Made by a program: the position numbers and the translations under genes | NCBI GenBank assembly: GCA_001770205.1 | Contig: MEQL01000013.1 | Coordinates: 1 to 52,878 of the forward strand | Length of the DNA stretch: 52,878 nt | Direction: 5' to 3' | Source: Bdellovibrionales bacterium RIFOXYD12_FULL_39_22 | GTDB taxonomy: Bacteria; Bdellovibrionota; Bacteriovoracia; Bacteriovoracales; Bacteriovoracaceae | Part shown: piece after piece, positions 1 through 8,692 of the stretch | Numbering within the stretch: position 1 is the stretch's first letter | How the letters are laid out: every line of letters starts with the position of its first letter | The notes under the pieces: model-generated | What the model was told of the DNA's origin: nothing | Seen by the model: the letters and a program-made list of their open reading frames with translations, nothing else | The model's database searches: none

Positions 1-54
1 CACGTTTTTTATCCACGTAAATATTAAATCATAATATTCATACGAGGCCAAGAT

Positions 55-402
55 CTATCTTAAGAATGAGCAGTTATTTTTTGACAGTCCCTTACTGATG
101 TTATCTTTAGTCATTGATGTTGAAACCCACAATTCCTTTTTAACTTTTTTAACTACGACCAGAGAAAGATATCTAAGCTTATTATTTTTCTTTGTTCGTA
201 ACTGGTAATACATTTCAACATCTTCCCTTGCCGTGCTTAAAATTACGGCATCGGGATCACTCAATGTTTTCGCAATAATTTCTTTTGTGATCTCTGGATG
301 TTTTTCTTGAATATGCGACCAGGCATCTGTGGCCAGCTTAACTTCATTTTGAGCATAATCTTTAAAATATCCATGGTCAATTATACGCCAATTTTGGCGC
401 AA
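55..402 (-). CDS. PBECR2/RelE-like small nuclease-toxin family protein (start uncertain)
   Basis: 115 aa with W-x-H-I-x-x-K-H-P-E...TL-x-DPD-x-V and a C-terminal VVVK...VST beta pattern typical of PBECR/DUF4258-like RNases; TTG start without a clear RBS. Confidence 0.5.
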   Translation of the reverse strand: MRQNWRIIDHGYFKDYAQNEVKLATDAWSHIQEKHPEITKEIIAKTLSDPDAVILSTAREDVEMYYQLRTKKNNKLRYLSLVVVKKVKKELWVSTSMTKDNISKGLSKNNCSFLR

Positions 403-484
403 TGTTAAAGGGCCTAGGATCGGGTGTTCAGTTAACTATTTAGTCGCTTCAAACTGAGTCATATGTTCGTTATTGTACCGTCAA

Positions 485-517
485 TTTCCATTGACAGTAG
501 TCATTTGGTAGTCACTG
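485..517. repeat. 33-bp direct repeat copy 1, containing two GTAGTCA motifs 11 bp apart (integrase arm-site-like)
   Basis: tttccattgacagtagtcatttggtagtcactg; matches 719-751 with 3 mismatches. Confidence 0.8.
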
Positions 518-533
518 ATTGACCAATCGAGAT

Positions 534-610
534 AGGCCCCCAGAAAACGGAGGCCTTTGCGTATCAAATAGCGGTGGGACCACAAGGACTTGAACCTTGG
601 ACCACTCGGT
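534..610 (-). repeat. att-like duplicate of the tRNA(CAT) 3' half plus its terminator
   Basis: ~77 bp near-identical to 1636-1711 with about 5 differences; the CCA end and terminator stem are degraded in this copy. Confidence 0.9.
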
Positions 611-718
611 AGCAATAATTTTGCTATTTTTAAGAGCGTAGAATCATTGTGTTTTATTATTAAGTGCATTGGGTTATACATTTTTGAGGTACTGGTGTGC
701 TCTATCCTTTTCGGTTTA

Positions 719-751
719 TTTCCATTGGCCGTAGTCATTGGGTAGTCACTG
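719..751. repeat. 33-bp direct repeat copy 2 (integrase arm-site-like)
   Basis: tttccattggccgtagtcattgggtagtcactg; see 485-517. Confidence 0.8.
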
Positions 752-845
752 TTTTTTGCAAGTATCGAGTAAGAAGTTGGCAATAGCAAAGCCCGATGGT
801 AAAAATGCCTGGTTGTGTAACTAAAAATTTTTAGGAGTTCTCACT

Positions 846-1115
846 ATGCCAGTCATCTCAATGTTTTATGGTTTAATTATTTCCATGTATTTTATGGACA
901 ACAAAAAACATAATTTACCACACATACATATAAAATATCAGGAACAAGAGGTGGTTGTTTCAATTCCAGATGGCAACATCATCGAAGGAAAAATAAAAGA
1001 AAGTAAAATGAAATTAGTACAGGCATGGATTGAAATTCACCAAGAAGAGTTAATGGCCGACTGGCAACTTGCAGTACAAGGCAATGAAATATTTAAAATT
1101 GATCCGTTAAAGTAG
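846..1115 (+). CDS. DUF4160 family protein (DhiT-like type II TA component)
   Basis: MPVISMFYGLII.MY...H.LPHIH..Y...WI..H.EELMA.W...IDPLK signature; AGGAG RBS. Confidence 0.9.
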   Translation: MPVISMFYGLIISMYFMDNKKHNLPHIHIKYQEQEVVVSIPDGNIIEGKIKESKMKLVQAWIEIHQEELMADWQLAVQGNEIFKIDPLK

Positions 1116-1125
1116 TGAGGAGAAT

Positions 1126-1368
1126 ATGATGAATCCACGAGTAAAAAAGGTAAGGCCAAATGATGATTTCACCATAGAGATTACTTTTGATAACGATGAA
1201 GTGAAAGTTTTTGATATGAAACCATATTTGGAGATTGGAGTTTTTAAAGAATTGAAAAATATAAGCGAGTTCAAAACGGTTAAGGTGTCGCTGGGTAGTA
1301 TACAATGGCGTAACGGACAAGACCTTTGCCCAGACACTCTTTACTTAGATAGCAAGAGAGCCGCATAA
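1126..1368 (+). CDS. DUF2442 family protein (DhiA-like TA partner)
   Basis: V..V.P.DD..I.I.F.N.E.K.FD.KPYL..GVF..L...F......I.W.NGQDLCPD.LY signature; GAGGAG RBS; follows DUF4160. Confidence 0.9.
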   Translation: MMNPRVKKVRPNDDFTIEITFDNDEVKVFDMKPYLEIGVFKELKNISEFKTVKVSLGSIQWRNGQDLCPDTLYLDSKRAA

Positions 1369-1501
1369 AAAAAACTAAGAAAAAAAATGAGTTGGATTAA
1401 GTCATTCTATTTAAGACAAGCTGAGTTGATGGCCGATTGTTATTACCACGAGGTTGAAGATTTATCGAAGTACTTTATTGGGAATGCCATACAGAGTGCA
1501 G

Positions 1502-1628
1502 GGCTTTTGCTACACGCTTCCTTCAGACATTGTTTCACAGCAATGCCCTTGCGTTTCACTAACCTTCACCTCTATCAGGTTGGTAGATGGATTTGCACCA
1601 TCCTAGTTATCTGCCATGCCCGGCGCAC
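1502..1628 (-). mobile_element. group IIC intron 5' fragment (domain I remnant, no RT ORF, no domain V)
   Basis: Minus strand reads GTGCGCCGGGCATGG...GGTGCAAATCC...AACGCAAGGGC...TCTGAAGGAAGC...GCAAA, the conserved class C 5' motifs; begins right after a terminator hairpin and U-tract. Confidence 0.8.
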
Positions 1629-1659
1629 AAAAGAAAGGCCCCCGGAAACGGGGGCCTTT
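1629..1659 (-). terminator. Rho-independent terminator downstream of the tRNA
   Basis: Perfect stem aaaggcccccg-gaaa-cgggggccttt followed by TTTCTTTT on the minus strand. Confidence 0.9.
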
Positions 1660-1672
1660 GCGTATCAAATAG

Positions 1673-1749
1673 TGGTGGGACCACAAGGACTTGAACCTTG
1701 GACCACCCGGTTATGAGCCGGGAGCTCTAACCAACTGAGCTATGATCCC
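1673..1749 (-). tRNA. tRNA with CAT anticodon, most likely tRNA-Ile2 (lysidine-modified)
   Basis: GGGATCATAGCTCAGTTGGTTAGAGCTCCCGGCTCATAACCGGGTGGTCCAAGGTTCAAGTCCTTGTGGTCCCACCA; full cloverleaf, G1:C72 pair (not initiator), CTCATAA loop, encoded CCA. Confidence 0.93.
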
Positions 1750-1864
1750 AAATAATATTGAATAATTGCTGAAGGATGTTATATCGTCATCTATTATTTT
1801 TGGCAAATATAAAATTAGCGGCCAACTCCTCCAGGGGCCATCGAAAATTAAGAGATAATTAATT

Positions 1865-2704
1865 ATGAAAACTTTAAATTTCACTAAATACTCTGCCATT
1901 GGAAATGACTTTATCCTAATAGACAATCGTTTTAATGCGGTTACTGTCCTAAATTCATTCAACCCATGGGTTGCTTATTTATGCGATCGCCGGCGAGGCA
2001 TTGGGGCAGATGGACTTTTATTATTGGAGAATTCTAACTCAACACCTTTTAAAATGCGCTACTTAAATGCTGACGGACAAGAAGTTTCTATGTGCGGTAA
2101 TGGTGCTCGCGCTATTTTACATTTTGCCAAAGAACTAGGAATTAATGCTAATCGTTTTGAAACGATGGACGGCATATATTTTGGCCAAGTGCTGGCCAGT
2201 AATTTAGTGCAACTTAAAATGGATCATATACGAGATATTTCGTTGATAAATCTGGATACTTTCACCGCCTTCGAGCGTCGTTTTTTTCTTAACACCGGGG
2301 TTCCTCACGTTGTTTTGCAATTAAAAGAGGGAGACAGCTTGGATAATTTTGATGTCCTAGCTCATGGAAAAAAAATCCGGCATGCCCCTATTTTCTCTGA
2401 CGGAACCAACGTTAACTTTGTTGAAAGAATGAAGGGATTAGCAAATGATGTCAAAATACGCACTTTTGAACGAGGAGTGGAGGGAGAAACCCTATCTTGT
2501 GGAACCGGAGCAGTGGCGGCGGCCTACGCCTGTGCTCAATGGTACAATATGCGCGAACAAATAACTTTTCACTTCCCCGGAGGAGAGCTTCTGGTGAAAT
2601 TTAACAGCGCTTTTTCTGAAGTGTTTTTAACCGGAGTGGTAGAAAAAATATTTGACGGACGAATTGATTTGCGTTTTCTAAATCAATCATCTGGCGTAAA
2701 CTAA
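1865..2704 (+). CDS. dapF: diaminopimelate epimerase
   Basis: FTKY..GNDF, GIGADG, NADG..MCGNG, TGVPH, GTNVNFV, RTFERGVEGETLSCGTG motifs. Confidence 0.97.
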   Translation: MKTLNFTKYSAIGNDFILIDNRFNAVTVLNSFNPWVAYLCDRRRGIGADGLLLLENSNSTPFKMRYLNADGQEVSMCGNGARAILHFAKELGINANRFETMDGIYFGQVLASNLVQLKMDHIRDISLINLDTFTAFERRFFLNTGVPHVVLQLKEGDSLDNFDVLAHGKKIRHAPIFSDGTNVNFVERMKGLANDVKIRTFERGVEGETLSCGTGAVAAAYACAQWYNMREQITFHFPGGELLVKFNSAFSEVFLTGVVEKIFDGRIDLRFLNQSSGVN

Positions 2705-2710
2705 CATTCT

Positions 2711-3130
2711 ATGTGCCACTTATTACATTACAGAATGCTTTTATTTTTTTCCGTTCTTTTTCTTTCTCAATCCGCCTTGGCAGGTATCCGTCTAAAAATT
2801 GAAGTAGCGCATAAAAAAGGAATCAACAAGAGTCTTTTTTTAGAGAGCGAACTGCACTCAATGGAAGAGCTATATAACAACGAGTCTGTAAGTTTAAAAT
2901 TTGAACATGGGATAACAATTATTGTTGGAGTGGAATTCGTAGAAAAAAATCCAACTGTGGCAGTTGTTGATTTTGTAAAACTCCATGTTAAAATTATTGG
3001 AAACCTGGGAGAACTTCTTCATGATTTTCCTGGAGATATTTTGGTTAATATAGGCGAGACAAAAAAATTAGAACACACCATAAAAGATCAAATGATTGAA
3101 ATATCCATAACCCCCATGACACAATTATGA
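2711..3130 (+). CDS. hypothetical exported protein
   Basis: N-terminal signal-like segment ending SALA; stop overlaps next ATG (ATGA). Confidence 0.7.
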   Translation: MCHLLHYRMLLFFSVLFLSQSALAGIRLKIEVAHKKGINKSLFLESELHSMEELYNNESVSLKFEHGITIIVGVEFVEKNPTVAVVDFVKLHVKIIGNLGELLHDFPGDILVNIGETKKLEHTIKDQMIEISITPMTQL

Positions 3131-3648
3131 CTATTCTAAGCTACAAAAATATCACGCCGTCCATTGGAAAAAATTGCTACATCGCACCGACGGCCACAAT
3201 AATTGGTGACATTATAATCGGAAATAATGTGAGCATATGGTTTAATGCCGTGGCCCGCGGAGATGTAGACGCTATCGAAATTGGCGATAATTGCAACGTC
3301 CAAGACTTGGCCATGTTGCACGTGTCTCAAGGCATTCCTTTAAAAATTGGCGCAAACGTAACCATCGGCCATGGCGCTATTTTACATAGCTGCTCCATTG
3401 ACGATTCAACTCTAATTGGAATGGGTGCTATTATTCTAGATGGGGCAGAAATTGGAAAAAATTCTTTAGTCGCCGCGGGGTCTGTAGTAACTCCGAGAAA
3501 AAAATTTCCACCCGGCCAGCTTATTGCCGGTTCTCCGGCCATTGCTGTTCGTGCCCTTTCTGAAGAAGAGAAAATGAAATATGGCATGCAATATTTAACT
3601 TATCTACAGCTAAAAGATGAGTATCTCGAATCAGAAAACAAAACGTAA
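3127..3648 (+). CDS. gamma-carbonic anhydrase family protein (YrdA/CaiE-like)
   Basis: Hexapeptide repeats; RGD, NVQD..LH, IGH.AILH, IGMGAI.LDG motifs. Confidence 0.93.
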   Translation: MTILSYKNITPSIGKNCYIAPTATIIGDIIIGNNVSIWFNAVARGDVDAIEIGDNCNVQDLAMLHVSQGIPLKIGANVTIGHGAILHSCSIDDSTLIGMGAIILDGAEIGKNSLVAAGSVVTPRKKFPPGQLIAGSPAIAVRALSEEEKMKYGMQYLTYLQLKDEYLESENKT

Positions 3649-4743
3649 AACAAGTGGAACTACTTCAACGGCAATCAGCACAATAATGACAATTTCCATC
3701 ATCTGATTTCGCTTTTCATTTATCTCATTTTGAAAAATAACGGAAATATCAGCTAGATTTTTTAGCTTTTTATCAACACTCTGCTGCCAATCTTGCACTC
3801 TGAATCGCTGAGTGGAAGCCCGAAAAATTTTAGCATAGAAAAAATCACCTATAATTTTAAGTGAATTTTCTATTCTCTCTATAATTTCACTCATGTCGAT
3901 ATAAATTAGCGAAGCTTCTTTGGCAAACTTACTATAATTAGCAGTAAAAACCGAAGGAGAATTTTGCTGTATTGATTTATATAAAACGTTCAGCTGACGA
4001 TCTAATTGGTCATCGTAGTAACGAAGTTCTAATAATTGGCAAAGAGCGAATTCGATAACATCTGCAATATCTTGCTTATCATCCTCGCTATAAACAAGCG
4101 CGCTACTCCAGTCAATAATAACGAAATCGTTATCACTATACTGATACACGCTGTCTCGGATATGATCTTTAACTTGATGTCCAAGCTTTAAATCTTGCTC
4201 TTGCAAGAGAAGTTGAAAAATATTTTCTTCGGCCAAAACATTTTCAATTTTTAGCGCAGGAATTTTTTTTGCATCTACAACAAAGATAAGATAATCTTCA
4301 AATTGATCCCAAATATTTATTCCCCGAATGGCCACTTTTAAGTCTTCTGATATTTCCCTGGCCTTCTCTAGGGTGTTGGCCGTTAACAATTGATCATCTT
4401 CGAGATAACGCGAAATTTTTTTTAATTCTTCGATAGAAATTGCGTCGCCAACCTGGATACGATAAGTAATTGAAAGGGCCCCGAAGCTCCATAATTTAGC
4501 AAAGGATTTGACAGGGTAAGTTTTATCAAAAATAGTAATAGTCCAATCGCCAAGCGAAATAACCAGTGGGGCCTCATTCATTACCATCTTACGATTGCTC
4601 TTGTTTAATTTAAAAGTTTGTGCAGAGTTTTTTTTCTCTAACATGGCGGTAGCAATTTTCAAATCGACGGCCCAGCCAATATCATAAATTCGATAATAAT
4701 GAATTTCACCAACAAATGAATTTAATGTCGTTTGGTTCGTCAT
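3631..4743 (-). CDS. uncharacterised DUF155/RMD1-like protein with a C-terminal membrane anchor
   Basis: 370 aa; LLELRYYD..LD, IGD.FYAK, C-terminal E..IIVLIA.E helix. Confidence 0.6.
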   Translation of the reverse strand: MTNQTTLNSFVGEIHYYRIYDIGWAVDLKIATAMLEKKNSAQTFKLNKSNRKMVMNEAPLVISLGDWTITIFDKTYPVKSFAKLWSFGALSITYRIQVGDAISIEELKKISRYLEDDQLLTANTLEKAREISEDLKVAIRGINIWDQFEDYLIFVVDAKKIPALKIENVLAEENIFQLLLQEQDLKLGHQVKDHIRDSVYQYSDNDFVIIDWSSALVYSEDDKQDIADVIEFALCQLLELRYYDDQLDRQLNVLYKSIQQNSPSVFTANYSKFAKEASLIYIDMSEIIERIENSLKIIGDFFYAKIFRASTQRFRVQDWQQSVDKKLKNLADISVIFQNEINEKRNQMMEIVIIVLIAVEVVPLVLRFVF

Positions 4744-5090
4744 TAGTAAATTTTACGAGCATTTACTGCCCGAGGGAATGCAGAAAATTATTCGCCTCTT
4801 GTATTCTCCGGTGTTATTTATTTTTATATGTTACGCCATATACGCGCTCATAGCGATTTACTCCAATGTTTTTTCTGGTGTTTTATTGTCGGATATAGTG
4901 GGTTGAGTGAATTGTTCTGAATTTATAATTATTAAAAATCTTGCCACAGTAATGCTCACGGGTTTGAATCTGTGGTGGAACTCCAAATAATCTCTGCGAC
5001 CCAAACAACTGATAAAAACTTGATCAACCATAAAAAATCTGAAACCATCAAATCACCCACAAAAACAGTAAAAACAGGACAAAAGAACAA

Positions 5091-5546
5091 ATGAAAAACA
5101 AATTCCCAACCACTCGCAGTAACTACAATTATATAATCAATCGCCGCTTTCAATTGGCCATGCTTTTATTTTTCATCTTAGTCTCGGCATCTATCACAGC
5201 GACCACCTATTTTTTCATCAATCTTCTCTTCTACAAGCTCGGCAAATATGGAGTTCAAGCTGGTTTTTCCGGAAGCGATCCTTACTTCGCACTGATAACA
5301 AGACAAAAAGCAATGGCAAATGCGTTTTTTGTCTACTTCTCCATTGGCTGTTTTATTATAGTTAACCTCCTTGGAATTGTGATTTCCCACCATATCGCCG
5401 GCCCAATTTATCGCCTTGGTAAAACTGTCGATGAGGCAATTACCTCCGGCAACTTCGAACACATTTCCTGGCGAAGTGGTGATTTTTTTCCCGAGCTGGC
5501 CGGAGTATATAATCGCTTGGTTGACTTTTTTAATCGGCCAAAATAG
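5091..5546 (+). CDS. two-TM membrane protein with a HAMP-like C-terminus
   Basis: Two hydrophobic helices then SH.IAGPIYRL...R.GDFF.ELA..N. Confidence 0.75.
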   Translation: MKNKFPTTRSNYNYIINRRFQLAMLLFFILVSASITATTYFFINLLFYKLGKYGVQAGFSGSDPYFALITRQKAMANAFFVYFSIGCFIIVNLLGIVISHHIAGPIYRLGKTVDEAITSGNFEHISWRSGDFFPELAGVYNRLVDFFNRPK

Positions 5547-5662
5547 TTGCATTGCATTCTCACAATGAATATGATGTAATAGCGATACTAATATAGTTAA
5601 TTATTAGATTCTAAATATGAATTTTACATAAATTAACGATTATCTAACGCAAGGAGAAAACG

Positions 5663-6175
5663 ATGATGTCTTTTAAAATGCTAATGGCCCCTACAATTAT
5701 TGCCCTCGCTCTTTCAATCGGAGGATGCGGATCCAACGAAAAAAAGGCCGAACCGGTCACTGATGTCGCTGTAACAGATCTTGGGGCAGCAGCGGAAACA
5801 ATAGAACTAAACGGTGACTCTGATTCTGGAAAAGCTGGTGGCCTACGAACTGTTTATTTTGACTACAACTCTGCAACTTTAACTGGCGCGACTAAAAGTA
5901 CTCTCGATGCAAACATCGAGTATCTAAAAGCAAATGACAAAGTTGAATTGCAAGTTGAGGGCCATTGCGATGAGCGTGGTGGTGTTCAGTACAACTTGGC
6001 GCTTGGTATGAAAAGAGCTAAAACAGTACAAGATTACATGGTAACCATGGGAATCACAAAAGCTCGTTTTGCCAAACCAATTTCTTTTGGAAAAGATCGC
6101 CCAATAGCTTTTGGACATGAAGAAGATTCGTGGTCGCAAAACAGAAGAGGAAATTTCGTTATTACTGCTAAGTAA
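5663..6175 (+). CDS. pal: peptidoglycan-associated lipoprotein (OmpA family)
   Basis: Lipobox IGGC; VYFDYNS, EGHCDERG..YNLALG..RA, SFGK, NRR motifs; AAGGAG RBS. Confidence 0.92.
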   Translation: MMSFKMLMAPTIIALALSIGGCGSNEKKAEPVTDVAVTDLGAAAETIELNGDSDSGKAGGLRTVYFDYNSATLTGATKSTLDANIEYLKANDKVELQVEGHCDERGGVQYNLALGMKRAKTVQDYMVTMGITKARFAKPISFGKDRPIAFGHEEDSWSQNRRGNFVITAK

Positions 6176-6540
6176 TGGAAAAAAAGATTTCTAATATGTT
6201 AAAAAAAATCCCGGCCTTTGACATAAAGCTTATTATGCTGACTGTCAGGTCGGGATTTTTTGTTTTACTGCTCCTAATCCAGAGCTGTGGCCTTATGACT
6301 ACCAGGCCTAAGCTTGAAATGAGCTTGGCCGCTTCGGCATTTATGGCCGCCAAGCAATCTAAGGCGCAAAATCTTTCTCCTGGCCTTTTTCGCAAGGCCG
6401 AGTTTTATTACTTGAAAGCTAAATCATCCTACCGCAGAAAATATTTTAACAAGGCCAAGCAATATGCTATTCTTTCAATGAAATTTTCTGAAAGGGCCGA
6501 ATTTATTTCTAAAAGAAAAACTGCCTTAGAAAATTTATAG
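6175..6540 (+). CDS. DUF4398-like helical lipoprotein
   Basis: Lipobox IQSC; A..AA....A....P.....AE.....A helical pattern; lies between pal and cpoB. Confidence 0.6.
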   Translation: MEKKISNMLKKIPAFDIKLIMLTVRSGFFVLLLLIQSCGLMTTRPKLEMSLAASAFMAAKQSKAQNLSPGLFRKAEFYYLKAKSSYRRKYFNKAKQYAILSMKFSERAEFISKRKTALENL

Positions 6541-6576
6541 TCGTACATATAGTTACATAGTTATATAGTTATAACG

Positions 6577-7341
6577 ATGGAGATGGTTGTGAACCTAACG
6601 GTGTTGTTGTTTTTCTTGTTCTTTTTTGGATGTAAGACGGCAGAAGAGATTCAGCGCGAGCAATTAGTTGATTCCTTGGCCGTGCAAATGGTGGAGTCTC
6701 AAAAAATTAATGCCGACTCATCAGTTAAATTGCAAAGTATTGAAGAACTGATCACCCAGCTACGCGGATCATTGGAACAAAGTAGTTATGCTCAACGAAC
6801 GGCAATGCAAACAGAAATTCAAAATATAAATGAAGATATAGTATTACTAAAAGAAGAAAACAAAACACTGCAAGATGCCCTTGAAGACCTAAAAAAAGAT
6901 CTCGTCGAACAAAAAAAATATATAACCCAAGTTTTAAATTCACTTAATAAAATTTCTGCTCCTCGGACATCCTCCTATGATCAGGCAATTGCTAATTATA
7001 AAAGTGGTAAATATAAAACTGCCAAAGGTGAAATTTTAGCACTCCTTGAAGACAAAAGTATCACTGGTGATCGCCTTGCCAGACTCTATCACAATCTGGG
7101 CATGATTGAGTATTTTCAAAAAAATTATCAAAATGCTCTTGTCTATTTCAGTAAACTTTTTACAGACTTCCCCAACGCTTCTTATAACTCCAATGGCCTT
7201 CTCTATCTTGGAAAATCATTTTTAGAATTGAATAAAAAAGAAGAGGCAGCACAAACCTTTAATGAACTCATGTCAAAATACCCAAAATCTGAATCTGCCC
7301 GGAAAGCAAAAGCTCTATTGGCGCAACATAATACCCAGTGA
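6577..7341 (+). CDS. cpoB: Tol-Pal associated CpoB/YbgF-like TPR lipoprotein
   Basis: Lipobox FFGC, coiled coil, C-terminal TPRs ending KYPKSESA..AK; pal neighbourhood. Confidence 0.75.
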   Translation: MEMVVNLTVLLFFLFFFGCKTAEEIQREQLVDSLAVQMVESQKINADSSVKLQSIEELITQLRGSLEQSSYAQRTAMQTEIQNINEDIVLLKEENKTLQDALEDLKKDLVEQKKYITQVLNSLNKISAPRTSSYDQAIANYKSGKYKTAKGEILALLEDKSITGDRLARLYHNLGMIEYFQKNYQNALVYFSKLFTDFPNASYNSNGLLYLGKSFLELNKKEEAAQTFNELMSKYPKSESARKAKALLAQHNTQ

Positions 7342-8660
7342 TGAATTATAAATTTTATATCTTTTTTATACTATCAATTACATCTTTAACCAGCTGCTCA
7401 AATTTTATTAATTTTATCGATGATGGCCACGTAGTATCAACTGCTCAATCTCCCCAAACCCTTTCGCTTATTTTCTCGCATAACATCAATGGCCAATTGC
7501 TCTCTTGTAATTGTGGAGAAAATGCCTTGGGCGGCATTGCACAGATTGCTGCTAAGTTTAATTTTATCCGCCAAAATAGTGACAAGGTACTCTATGTAGA
7601 TACGGGAGATGCACTTTTTTCATCACCGCAGATGAGTATGACATTTGAAAAATCTGCACTCTACTCTGCAGAAAATATTTTACAATCCTTTAAACTGTTA
7701 GGCCTAAATCTTTTTCTTCCTGGAGATAACGATTTCGCTGCAGGAACTTCCATTTTGGAAAAAATAGAAAAACAAACCAGTGCTCTGACAGTCATTTCTA
7801 ATTTGGCCAGTGACTCCAAAATTTTAAAACAAAATGTTGCCTGGCATAAATACGATTCAGGAGCTAGTCGAATCTATTTCATGGGCATTATCGAACCATC
7901 ACTTCTTACTTCAAGTAATCGCCATTTCCTCACCGACCCATTTTCTGCAATTGCTCAGGCCCTGCAACAAATCGAAAATGATGGATATGACGCAAAGAAC
8001 CCTTTCCAACGACTTATACTATTATCACATAGCGGAATCGACTTTGATAAAACGCTCCCTTTGCTTTTTCCTCAAATAGATTGGATTATTGGTGCCCATT
8101 CTCAGTCACACACAACAACTCCTCTTAAGATTGGAAATACCCAAATCGTACAAGTTTTATCCAAGGGACAACATCTCGGGGAAATTCAGATGAACCTCGC
8201 CAGTGGAAAAAATGATGATCACTTTATCACTCATGAAGTCCGTGAGGAACATGTTATAAAATATATTGATCATCCCATGATTGAATTTGAGCAACGCTAC
8301 AAGGAAAATATTACTAAAATTCAGAAAGAAGAAATCTTAAAAACGGCTCCCACTATTTCTTACATGGAAAAAATGAGTGAAGAAAATTTGAAAGAATGCC
8401 AAGACTGTCATCAAACACAGATAAGTTTTTGGCAAAAAAGTAAACATCGAAATCTTCCCAATTTATGTCTGGCCTGTCACCAGTTAGACGATGGCCACCC
8501 TTTTAACGTAAAAAACTCGCCCCAAGGGCCGGAGATTTTAGAAGAAAAATCATTAGAGCGCAAAAATAGATGTCTTAACTGTCATCCCAAAGATAGCGCT
8601 CTGCCTGATAAAAAATTTCAAGAACGACTGCACAAAGTGGCCTGTCCTTCTGCGAACTGA
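7338..8660 (+). CDS. UshA/5'-nucleotidase-fold lipoprotein with a CxC motif and a C-terminal triheme cytochrome c domain
   Basis: Lipobox LTSC; G.L.SCNC...LGG, DTGD, LSHSG, IIGAHS; CQDCH, CLACH, CLNCH. Confidence 0.75.
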   Translation: MMNYKFYIFFILSITSLTSCSNFINFIDDGHVVSTAQSPQTLSLIFSHNINGQLLSCNCGENALGGIAQIAAKFNFIRQNSDKVLYVDTGDALFSSPQMSMTFEKSALYSAENILQSFKLLGLNLFLPGDNDFAAGTSILEKIEKQTSALTVISNLASDSKILKQNVAWHKYDSGASRIYFMGIIEPSLLTSSNRHFLTDPFSAIAQALQQIENDGYDAKNPFQRLILLSHSGIDFDKTLPLLFPQIDWIIGAHSQSHTTTPLKIGNTQIVQVLSKGQHLGEIQMNLASGKNDDHFITHEVREEHVIKYIDHPMIEFEQRYKENITKIQKEEILKTAPTISYMEKMSEENLKECQDCHQTQISFWQKSKHRNLPNLCLACHQLDDGHPFNVKNSPQGPEILEEKSLERKNRCLNCHPKDSALPDKKFQERLHKVACPSAN

Positions 8661-8692
8661 CAACTTGATTGAAAAAGGTTATGGATGTTGCT

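Larger units (their letters stand above)
534..1711. mobile_element. ~1.1 kb integrase-less genomic islet (remnant) at the tRNA 3' end
   Basis: Bounded by direct repeats of the tRNA 3' end; contains a TA pair and an intron fragment; no recombinase gene inside. Confidence 0.7.

Noticed and set aside
481..789. 102-aa minus-strand ORF with a repeated DY.MTT.NGN peptide
   Set aside because: It reads through the att duplicate; the peptide repeat only reflects the 33-bp DNA repeat
1673..1749. Initiator tRNA-fMet call
   Set aside because: G1:C72 is paired and the anticodon stem lacks the initiator GGG/CCC arrangement; Ile2 fits better, though elongator Met is not fully excluded
1387..1962. ORFs 1387-1716 (+) and 1711-1962 (-)
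   Set aside because: They overlap the intron remnant, terminator, tRNA and dapF; shadow ORFs
6549..6572. ATAGTTA(C/T) x3 tandem upstream of cpoB
   Set aside because: Very short AT-rich repeat with no supporting context
7506..7514. Selenocysteine in the UshA-like protein
   Set aside because: Both CxC codons are TGT; no in-frame TGA
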